From: Phallusia mammillata
Taxonomy: Eukaryota
Length of the DNA stretch: 64,000 nucleotides
Direction of reading: 5' to 3'
NCBI GenBank assembly: GCA_965637545.1
Contig: OZ281494.1
Coordinates: 8,928,001 to 8,992,000, forward strand
Position 1 is the stretch's first letter. Each line of letters begins with the position of its first letter. The notes beneath the pieces were generated by a model that did no database searches, was not told the DNA's origin, and saw only the letters and a program-made list of their open reading frames with translations. Both the position numbers and the translations under genes were made by a program. Shown here in pieces: positions 21,801-33,800 of the stretch.

Positions 21801-24800
21801 TATGTAAGCAGTACAATACATTCCTTTCCATGAAGATTACGGTTACATACATTAAGTTTACAAACACAGTGGTCCTGCTAACTCCTTCAAGCTCCTACAC
21901 CAAATTTCAACGCAAAGACGTAAAAGAGTTTCTACAAATACGGCGGCAAAGCGGAAACACGGAGACTCATGTTTCAAAACAATTAGCAAAACAACAGTTT
22001 TTGTTGTCCCACAAACGTCTGCTTTCGTAACTGACAGTGAACCGAGTCGAGGTCCGCCGTGCTTACGTCATCCGATACGCTTGAACGGCTTGCAAGATTA
22101 GACAGTAATACCCCAGCAGAAATAAAAGAGAACGTTTTTGGGTATGTTTTGTTTGCTCGTAAGCCGCTGATTGGAGAGTTGTGTTTCCGAGTCCAGAAGT
22201 GATTGCTTTATTCTGCGCCTGAAAAAACATACACAATTGATTAGATACCACTATCATCACCCCTTACCTAAAAGGCGTTAGTGAAATTTGTCGTAAAAGC
22301 GAACTTAGTTGCAAAACTAACGTGTTTTGTTCGTTCGAAAAGCACCGTTTTTGCATATGTTTGTTTTGCGAAATCGAAGTACCTTTGTCGCAGTATTGCC
22401 AATAATGGTCAGTGCTGCACAAACTCGGGCAATTACTGCAATGCACACCGTTTTTTTGCTATGTGGGTGTTCAAGAGCAACTTATATTAAATGAACGTCC
22501 ACTCTCGCTCACCTACGTTCAACTGTCAACGCCTGGTGCTTGCGCGAACACGAAATGCTTTCATAAACATTTCGCCGCGTGCTTGACATATACGGTATTG
22601 GCCGGGCGCCTTTGCCTGAACTTAGCGTCATCGTCAACCGCGACTTGTCGAACGGGGAGCCCGCGCTCGCCACGCTGTACGGGGAAAAACAACCTAGCGC
22701 GATTGTTTTTGGCCTCTCCACAAGCCACTTGCACGTGGCAGCAAATCAGGGTTGCGCCATTCGACGGCGTGTTAAGACTTATGAGCAGGCTTGGTGGCAG
22801 CCAGAAGAGTGCGCTTTGCCTTGTTCGTATATGCTCAACTGTATTGTGGCGTAGGTCGAATGGTTTGGAACGTACTTGGCATTGCGCGTGCTCTTTAACT
22901 GCTCTTATCCAACGTTAGTTGACATTGGTAGAACGCTAGACGATCACGCGCTGTGAAGTAAACGTCTATTAGGTTTAGTTATAGACAGCAACAAACGTGG
23001 TAAATTGCTTGGTACATATCGTTGGAACAGTCAAGTCGGTAATAGATATGTGAGGTATACTCCTTGAGCGTGAAAAGTTAGATTTAATTTCAGATTGAAA
23101 TGTTGATGGATCGATGTTGACATTTGGCCTTAACGTTAGGTGTGTGTTTGTTGTTGATGCAATTGCGGACTGAAGATATTTTACTTGGTAGAAAGATATT
23201 TGCCCTGCGGCCTGGCATAATATTTTACCTTACTGCTGTGATTTTAAGCTTCCATCATGTTCAAACGATGTTTTTTGCCTAAAACTGTGGGTGAGTTTTG
23301 ACATTTTTAGCGTTAACTCAGTTATAACATATATGAAACTGTGATTTACCAAAAGATATTCGGCGCAAGCAAAAACTGCATGTCAAATATATGTTTATAT
23401 TTGCATAAATGGACTGTTACATTTTATTGTTGTTCGACATTATTTTGTTTTGCTTTTCCCCTTTAGAAATGTTATAGATAGACAAAAATGAGATAGTTCG
23501 GTTCTTAACGAAGTCGTGTTAAAATCCACACACTCAACACCATGTTACATTCTGCAATCATGCATGTAGCTTGAACATTACCTGCAGGCGCAGCGTGGCT
23601 TGTCTGGTCGAATTATAGTTAAACGCCGACCACATAAAACGATACCGCCATTCTCTGCCTTTATCATGCGGATTGTTATTGGAATGTCAGGTCGATTGGT
23701 CTTCGACGTCAATTTGTATGTATGGAAAGCTTTGGCATTTCGGGTGTTTTGGTCAACAGTAGACCATGTAATGCCACTTGAAACTGGTTAAACTGTATGA
23801 AGCGAAACGCAAACATGTTGATGCAAGATTGATAATGTTGCTAAGTTGTCAAGAGCTGTTTCGTTTTCCTGCAAAATAATTAAGTTTTAAGTATGCAAGT
23901 AAGGTAAATGGGATTGTTGACATACAGACACAATGCATTCTGTATATTACTGCAGTAAACCTCGGGTAATCCTGGCCCGTTTGGCCCCACCACCTAAATC
24001 TGAAGTTTTTTTCCGAAATAGGCAAAGATACGAATTCATCGAATCCGGTTCAACCAATGTTTACTGTGTTGCCCTGTTGATTGACATACATGCACATAAA
24101 AACCAACCACTTACGACTGACAAACCGATAAGCTTAATGTACAACGTTCAGTGCAAATACTGTAGTTGTGATAATTTTGGATACCGCCGAGTTAAAGTCA
24201 CATCTTCGATATCCCAGCGTGTCATGTTTATTGACACGGCCCGACGACATATATCGGCTCCAAGTAGCTTTTCCCTTCCTCGCGTTAACACGGGACGCTG
24301 ATGGATTTACAAAAGCCGACAGGAAGCTATCACCACCAAGGCAACACAATTTGCGTGCTGTTATACAAAATGCCACTTGCCCAATTTATGGCTCCGAGTT
24401 TCCTAGTGCAGAACACGGATCTTAACTTATTTTCTCGCGTTTTCTGATTTTGCGTGTCAAAGTGTTTGCTTCGATAGTTTTACAGCCTTACTTATCAAAA
24501 CCGCGCAAAATTACAACGGAAAAAGTAAAAATACTTGTTCAATACTATACGTTCGTTTGAAGGCGCATCATAAAATTGGCAAGTTTAACTGGGTTTCAAC
24601 GTAATTGGTATGCTAAACTGACGTTTTTTCAACAGTGATGTATGGTAGTAGCGTTTGGACCTCTGTGGCAACTAGGTTTGCAATTTGTTGATCTTGATAC
24701 GTCGTTTTTATTGCAACAGCGTCGTAAAATTGCATCTACATTTGCTGCGTAGGTCTTCACACTTCAGAAAAACGTGTTTTACCGTTGGAGACACGTAATG

Positions 24801-27800
24801 TTATATCTCAAAAAGCATTCATTGGCGTATTGATTTATGTGGTTAAACAACTTTGTGTGAAATGTTGGCATTTTATTTTGTACATGTCGGCGTCCAGGAT
24901 TTTACACATTTACGTTTTTTGAACCCAGAACGCTCCATACGAATCTTGATACGTCATTTTGTGGCTGTACATATTTCACGCGTTAAAAGCCATTCCTCCT
25001 GTTGTCTGTCTAATACTGTGCCATCTTTCTTACGACAATTTACATAGTAGGATTTTAGCTATTCACAAGGACAAGGCAAACCTCAGGATCCTTGTGGCTT
25101 CATACCAAACCCGTTACCGAGTTTATTGTATAACAGCATGTTGCCATGAATCATAGCCGCGTTGTTTTGAACATCTGTGCCCAGCAGCGGGTCGCCATGC
25201 TACTAGCCCTTATATGTCATAAACTTGTCACATTTTGTCTACTTTCTCCTTAACCTGAGAAGAGCCGGCAATTAGATGCGTAATAGCTTGCGTCGTAATA
25301 TCGGGTTACCCGTGGTTTTCCTAAGCCACCTACGAAGCTGCACGGAGGCCTGCCTACAACTGCATTTATGGTATCGTTGTTGTGTTTTAAGAGCAGATTG
25401 TTTTCATATCGTTATCTTGCTAGATTTCTTTTGTGCTATACGTGTATGGTTGTAAAATGCTGAAAACTGGAACTGGAACTCATGCTCAAAATGTAAATTT
25501 ATGTTCGAGTATTCAAAATCACGAAAAGTTGATTTTGTTTGTTAAAAATTGTTGCTATTTTCGCTTTACCTAAAACGTTTTTTTTTTCAAAATCTCCTTA
25601 CTGCGCAACTCAAACTGTGGTTGTTTTGTATAACCAAACGCCAAAATAACAGCCACAAGTCGTCAAGTTGAGTGGATACCATAACTAGCGTGGAGTTATC
25701 AAGGTTGATGGTTTTAATCCTGTCTCAACCATTTCAGTTTCCCGAAACGAGAAGGTTGAGCGGCATAGCCCTAACCCAGTGGAACCCGATATGTAAACTA
25801 AACGAAACTCGAAAAAAATATTGTACGGGGTTGCAATGAAACAGGCAGTTTGGCGACGGACTCATCATAATATGTTCGGGCATTGCTCATCCACCCTGGA
25901 TTAAAATAAAACAAATCAACGGCAACGCGTATAACTCGAAAATTGATAGACCATTTTCAGTTATCACTGTTTATAAATGACTTATTCTCTGTTTTGTGTC
26001 AGTTCTGTTCTGTTTTTACCCTGTGTGGTGTTATAAGAACGATTGTGGTGGGTATAGTGTTACATTACCCAGTTGAAACCACCCGGAATCAGGCGTTGAA
26101 ATGTCGATGAGTTGTTTATAATGCCAGTTGAGCAAGAAAAAAGCCTATAAAATATGCCTGACAACTAGGGTTGGTTCGGATATCAATAATTTCCACTATC
26201 CGGATAACGGATATATACGGATATTTTGAATTTAGCTATCCGTTTAACCGGATAATAATAAGTCTATTCCAACATCATTCAATTGTGGCGCCGATTTCGT
26301 TTTAGTGTTCATAATTGTCCAGCATATATTAAATTTACGCATTTACTGCTTATGGGACGCCGTTTTGAAGACAAACAAAAAACTTGCAAGATAGCTAACT
26401 TGCGGCAACTTAGTTACTTGCGTCGCAAGTTAGCTATGTTTCGTTGCAAGTTACCCGGTGCATTGTGGGAAATTCATATCAAAATGTATGGAGATGTCCC
26501 ACAATGCACCGGGCCGCAAACATTGTTACTAAACGAACATTTTTTTTCGTATCTAAAAATTTATCCCTCCGAGCCAATCACCTTACAATAGATGTATTTA
26601 CCGTTTCATTAGTGTGACGTAAATTTTCTTGTGAATTTGAACATTAGGGAATATGTAGGATAAACATAAAGTCGTTCGTTGCATCCACCACTGCACATTA
26701 ACTGCGTGTTTTCTAAAATTATGTTAAAATGCATTAAACGCTTACGCGGCACTATTCTTTTGTTATCCTGTTAACCGACACAAAAATATCCGGATATCGG
26801 ATAACAAAAAATCCTTCGGTTAATCGGTTAACCGGTTATCCGATATCCGGATAATTCAACCCTACTGACAACAACACTATATTTATTCTCCACAGGTTCC
26901 AGTACAAGTGGGACGACCGCTTCATCCCGCCGCATGGGGGCGACAAAGGACGCAACAAAGGTCGGAGAAAAATCGCGCGAGAAAAGCAAACCGTCATCGA
27001 CCAAATCAACGAGCTCAACGACGTCATCTAGTGGCCGAAGTACGTCGGCAATCAGCCGAAGACAGAAAGATGCTGGTACGTTGTCAAGATAAGTTACCTA
27101 AATTAGATGTTGTTCTTCTTTATAATGCTTTGCAATAAGATTTAATGAATAAAATGAATGAGTATCACTATTATCAGTTTCCTTAGTAACAATGTTGCAT
27201 TTTTTGCATGTATTCTTTTCGCGATGTGGACACATATTGTTTTTCCTGATTTTTTTATTGCAAATTTGTAAAAATTAAAAAACGTAACAAAATAGTTTCT
27301 TGCTAATTTGTGAAAATTAAAAATGGAAAGTAATTACTACAGAAGTAAAATACTTGCGACTTAAAAATGTCAATTGTCACAGTGAAAAGAATGCAGATGT
27401 TTCGTAACTTTAGAAATACTTTTTTTTTGTCTTTTGCAATGATTCCACTCCCAACTGTTTTGAATGCTAGCATAACTGCTATGCAAAAGATCAGTTTTGC
27501 TGTTAAAACATAATCTTTACCTTTTTTAGGTTCGAAATTAAAATCCGAGGTCGACAAGGTGGCGCTAGAGAGCAAAATCAAGGATTTAATGTCTCTGGCA
27601 AAAGCGAAAGACTCTGAGATCAGGTTTGGCTGAAAAATTTTTCCTCAAAATTTATGTATTGTTTTTTACATAATTGCATGTTTATCGAAAGCAACAACAA
27701 CATCACTTTTAGTTTCCATCTTTACAAACATTAACAACCTATTTACGTGGTTATTGCTTCATTTGTCAACATTTCCAAAGACTTGTTTGACGTCAATATT

Positions 27801-30800
27801 ATGTGTTCCTAATACGTTCAGTTTTAACCAATGTGCAAATTTATGTTTTTGTTTTACTTTCAGCTCTTTAAAGTCGAAATTGGACCAGATGATGCATCTT
27901 CTCAAGCGTCAGCAGGAGGAAGAGGACTTCGGCGTCATCTCCTCTTCATCCCCGAAACTTTCCGCATCCCACCCTCCCTCCTTCACTTCACTGGTGAAAC
28001 TTTCATCCGAGGAAGGCGGGAGCCATTCGGGAGAAGAATCCCCGACGTCGATCGGTGATATTCAGAACGAACTTTCAAGACTGCAGGTTTGTGAACTAAA
28101 ATATTTTTTGAGCACTAGCAGTTATGGGTGCAGGTTTTGCTAAACTGCACATGTGGGAACGAGTTATATGTTGTGATATCTCCACTGCAAGCCTGCGTAA
28201 CGGTTTTTATGTATTTAACTTAGGTTTGTGAATTGATTTTTTTGAGCAGTAAGGTTGCTGGATTTGGAAACCTGTACAAATAGGAACAGGTTATATGTTG
28301 TGATATCTTCCTTGCAAGCCTGTATAACGGTTTTCATAGATTCGACTAAGAAACTGATCATGTCATTTCCCAAGGTGCACTTTACTGTTGTATCCAAAAA
28401 CAAAACTGTGCTTTTAGTGCTTACAATTTGGTTTTAGCCTTTATAGTCGGATCCACAGTTTATTTGAACTATGATTATGTCATACACAACCAATAGATAG
28501 AGGCTTATATCGACTGCTTTTTACCAAAATGTACCAAAACTTTTTTTTGTGAAACGATAACCAATGAGAACAAAAATCTAACTTTCTGATTATCTTGCTG
28601 CTGTTGATTTTAAATTGCCAACTGAACCGGCATTTTGGGACGTGTTATTGCGTAGATGTGTTAACTATTAAATAATGTTTCTATTACTCTGTATATGAAT
28701 CTAAAACCACTGAAGGTCTTTCAGTTTTGCAATAGATTTCAGTTTATATGATTTTAGCTTACTTTTCCCCGCTTTATGATCTACCAGTTTATCCAAATTA
28801 AACATTTCTCTCTGCAAAAGTCAGTTTTGGAGTTTGTCAAAAGCATACCGCATCGTTGTAAAGTGTATTCAGTTGATTCTTACCTTTATGCTCGTAAAAG
28901 TATCAAATTTTACTTATTCGGCATTAAAAAAACTGGAACAAAAAACGCAGTTAGTAATGCAATAACCGTTTTTGCGCAACACTTTGGAAAACTACTACCA
29001 CACCCGCTTTCTATTTGCACGTCAAATTGTGTTTGATTCAACATCTAGGATCACCTTAACAACACCAATTGACTCAGGAAACAGCAACCTCGAATTTTAT
29101 TTGTCATGATGTAACAACAATGTAGACCACGCGCCGGTAAACGCTCATTTCCGAATTGTAGGAGTTTATTTGATGCCATTAAGTTATTTACCTTTATTGC
29201 CCGAATCGGACATTGGACTATGCGTGCGTTTTTATAGCTGCAGCGTTTGAACTGGGACTTGCATCATTTTGCATTTCTAAAGCAAGACCCAAATAGCTCA
29301 AGTAAATTCAACGACGAGAAATTACTTTTTCCTTTCAATAGAAAAACTATTTTCCAGTTCAAAGCGGGTGATTCTTTTTGATTGGCTAAGTCTAACTGTT
29401 ATCATATTAAAAACAATGTGTATTTTGTCAGTTGTAAACGATGCAAAGTATACGTGCATTGTTTAGTGCACAAAGCTCATTGGGAACCCGTTTCAAACTT
29501 GCATGTAACAAGCCCAAGTCCACACCATTTGTTAATAATTCTGCGTACTATTTGCAGCATATAACACTCGTTGCAGGGGCGTTTGTGTGACCAACGCTGC
29601 CACTTAACAATCAAGCACCCTCTTGATAGCAGGACCACGGCATGGTGTTTGATCGGACCCCTTGTTTGTCGCCCTTGCTCAGCTGAAGTACCTTTTAAGT
29701 GCTCGAATGCAGTCCCTGTCTTTTTGCTTGGCTTTCAATGGCACGACCAAGTACCACGCCACGCGTAAATTTAGCTGGATTGCTTAATTAGAATATAGGG
29801 GGATTACCAAACGAGTAGTCACAGAGCATTTGGTGTAAAACTTTTCGAGTGAATACTTAGCTCTTAGCTCGTTAACATCACATTGTCATGTGTTCCATTT
29901 TGTTTCTTTGTCACAAGAACACGTGTTTCACGACGAAACATGTCGGAGCCAACCAACTATAGGCTTAAACGAATTACAGGTTAAGCAACCTTCTTTTACT
30001 TTTTGTAAAATACTGGTTAATTATTTCATTTAGTGCGTTTTATTGTCCAACGCAATCGTCAGTTAGATTTGTAATACATCAACAATACGTGACATAAAAA
30101 GCGCCATAAGATTTGAATGTCCAGAGATGTAAATATCTTTATTGTCATTTTTATCGAAAAACCACGTTATTTATAAAACAGACAGCGGATATATCCTAAT
30201 GAATAAGCTTTTTAATGCAACGGTGACTCGATGGGAACGTTGTGAAATCAAACCTGCCTTGAATCGATTGGTGTTTTCGAATCTACCACCTGCGCTCAGA
30301 CACCCACACATAATATCAACACCACAAAACGCAACATCATCACATCACACTCCTAATTGTATGTCATACATTATATCTCGCTATCATATCGCTTCTGCCG
30401 TGTCTAAAGGTCGTGTGAATCGGATTGAAATCAACTTTGTGACTTCAATTCCCCACTATCCCATACCACAGTGTGTCACGAGCATGTTGTTACGCGAAAG
30501 TGAACCGACCTGACCTCTACCCTCAAAAGGTCACTGACCCCGAGTAACCCAACACGTGTTTCTCACGCCTCGACGACGTATCTTGTTGTTCTCATTCTGT
30601 AGTCCGTTTCGTTTCCAATTACCCGACCCTTAGGTTTGCTCCCTTATTCGGAAAAACTTAACCCCTATCAGTGAAAAGTTTCTCGTAATACCGATACCAC
30701 TATATGACGTGTGTTTCTGTGAAACTAGGTGCAGGCCAGTTTGTCGTTTGCTTTCTGTCTAAAAGTGGTAAAGTACACAAAAGGTGAACAGCGAATTTTG

Positions 30801-33800
30801 GCAAACGCAAGCTTTTTCGCAGACACATGTTGGAGTTGTTTACTTGGAAGGGGCATACCGGTTCGTAATTCTACAGTTTTGCCAACCGTAGCCTTTACTA
30901 AAAACTCATCTTAAAACATGAAATGCTTTCTTGAATAGGTACCACAAACTTAAAGATATAATTTAGTCAAGCTATATTATTCTTTATGCCAATAACTCAT
31001 AGGTTGTCTGAACAACCAATTTGCATGCTTCGATGTCAGTAATTTGTCAATTTTCAGTTTATGTTTTTCGGTGGACCTTGCATAACGTGTGTGTTCGTCA
31101 TTAGCAAGGTTAAATGTACAATGTACAACGTTCAATTTTAAGTATCTACACCACAAATAAACCTATATTGTGGATTTGTCACTGTTCAAAAAATTCAACG
31201 TTTGACATACGCTTTTAGTATAGCATGAAGCAGGGATTTACTGATACGCATTTCGGTGACTTAAACTCATTTAGAAAGATCTTAACATATTTTCTCGATA
31301 TCACAATCCATTTCCGATTCTCAAATTTCCTTTACGGCTTCAGTTTCATTAAATTGTGTCATCAAATATCACGGGCCATGTTTACGAAACCCTGACGCAT
31401 CAAATTGGGTCGTTATCGACCGGTAAACACTTCCTGTGTCATTCCGAAGTTTATAACATAGTTTTTCAACGTTTCCTTGCGTAATAAACCGTGATTCCCA
31501 TAGAAATTGCTGGGTAGAGTATTACATGTTGCCTTTTTTTCTATAGGAGAAACAAACGCTCGTGCCCTTATTTTAAAACGATATGTATTTGCGCAAAACC
31601 ACAGTTGTATTGCCTGTTATAAATGTGTCCTATCTATTTTAGTTGTTTATTTCTAAAGTAGTGCGCAATAGTGTAAGCCCTTACATCTCAATTACATTCA
31701 GAAATGCCCTTTTTGCTATTTTCAGCCCAAACACGGGTTTAAATTAAGTCCCCGCCACCACACATACACATCGAAATTGGCCTTAAGCCTGGTTATTAGA
31801 TGCTGTGGCGTAAAACGCCCATCGTCTCAATACTGGACTTGGCCCATTGTCATCGATGTATTTTAATCCACATCAAACGGCTTTGTTCCCTGGTCACGTG
31901 ACCGGCGACACGTCATTCGGGCTTGACGCGTTTAGTTTCTCATCACTGGGATTTCGTATTTTGGGAGCCGGTTTTGGCGATTTGCGGCACAACAACAACA
32001 GCTACGAACAAGAAAGGGTTTCGGCACCACGCACAGGTGTTTTTTAGCGTGGGCACCATTAGCTCGTGTTGAATTAATTGCTGTGAAAATTTCGGTATTG
32101 TTCGAAGACGTGCTGTTGTCGGTACTTGAGATCTCAACTTAATCACCTTGTTGTGGTGTTTGCGGACGGCGTGGCTAGCAGAAGAAACCTTATGACTCGG
32201 CAAAGTCCAATATATTGTTTTTGTAATGATGAGTTGAAGGCAATGCCTAACAACCTAACACATAAATTTTGTAAGTTTTACGATTTTCGCGAATTTATAG
32301 ATCACGTCCGCGGTTTGCTCGTTCACACGTCGGAGGAATTGTTTATTGCCCCCGATTTCTTCCCGTAAAGCTCAATTGCCTATTTCCCGCGACTGGTATT
32401 GCAGCCGTGTGTTGAAGAGCTTTGCGTGATATGCCCAATAATGTGATTGTGTCGTGTTCTTTGCTATAAGGCAGAAATTGTAATGTATAAAGAAAGCCAG
32501 GTTTTAGACTTAACTTTGAATCGTCATAAGCAGTTCGTTTGAAGCAGTGGTTTTTTTTATTTTGTATATTGGTCGAGGAGAGTCAATGAAATTGTTTAAA
32601 GAGTTTGACGGTTCTTTAAATTTGAAAAATCGACAAAAATGCGGCATAAGGAGTAATTTCTCAGAAAACAATGCAATGGTTTGACTTATTCTTTTTTAGT
32701 GTATGAATTCCAATGTTGCTTATTCAAAGCATAATACGTTAACAAATTGTTGTATCTACGAAACTCGTTTTCTGCAAAATATTAGGTGTTTCATTTAGAG
32801 TTTACTTTGTAACGTTGTTTCGAATGTCATAAATAAGTTCACCTGCATCAACAACATAAGTTCAAAGAAAAGTTCTGCCTGATTTGGCCGAAATTGTTCG
32901 ATTTCTTTTTTAGAGGCGGGTCCGGTGCATCTCTAGTAAGAATCACTACTTTAAAGTGTTCACTTCACTCATAAGAAATTAAATGCTCGTATTCCGGGCA
33001 AGGTTTTCTAGCATATATGTTAACACGCTTCGATATACATTGCATAAATTTCCATTATATTACATAAAATAATATCAAGACTCGGGGACGAGGTGTTTTG
33101 TTCATAAGGTAGCGTGATCTGTTTATGACTATCGGAAGCTAAGAGACGCCAGAAGACCAATTCTGGCCGATCCAACGACGTGCATTGCGGCTTCGCTGCC
33201 CGCAACAGTTCGTCAACAGCAACCGGCAGAACCTTATAAGGCCCCAAAAATATCCACCCCAAAGTCGAAAACAATACCCGACTGTTGGACTCTGGTGCTT
33301 CTAGACTGTTGCAAGCGTTTCTGCAGCGCTGGTGCAGATCATTGTGCTAGAGTGGGATTAGTGGATTAAAGGGCAAATCGATTTTTCGTTGCAGCAGCGG
33401 CACTAGGGATTGTAAGCGAATCCGACTTGGGGTTAATGACGGTCAGGATTATGCTGTCATGCAAGTTCACCGTTTGTCTTCCCTTAAATCCTACAGACGT
33501 TTCCTTTGTTTGCTGCTTTTGTTGTCATTATATTGTCTGCAGCTCGTGCAAACACATTAGTAAGTAGTGTTTACAGCAGGCCTGTCTGTAAAGTTCGTTG
33601 CAAAAATGCTTTTGAAGGGGTAAACTGGTTTTCAAGCACTTTGTGATTTTTTTACTGTTATTGAATGCATAGGCTATACACGAAGTTCGTTAAACTTTTT
33701 GAGCATTTATAGGTTTGTGTGTAGTACTGATTGTTAAAAAACTTTTAAATCGTGAGGTCCGCGTAAGGTTTCTGTCAAAATTGCTTTTAAGCCGGTTTTA

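Noticed and set aside
22412-22918. 168-aa ORF and other 100-150 aa intronic ORFs (34639, 36377, 37943, 43976, 50436)
   Set aside because: No recognisable motifs, composition typical of non-coding frames, no supporting splice or phase structure.
25690-25915. Possible SINE relic upstream of the 26166 hAT element
   Set aside because: Single copy in the window, with no clear A/B boxes, tail or TSD.
33459-33560. 33-aa ORF with a signal-peptide-like hydrophobic run ([33 protein letters not shown])
   Set aside because: It arises from T-rich sequence, its gtaagt donor is phase 2 and does not fit the next exon, and such ORFs are expected by chance.
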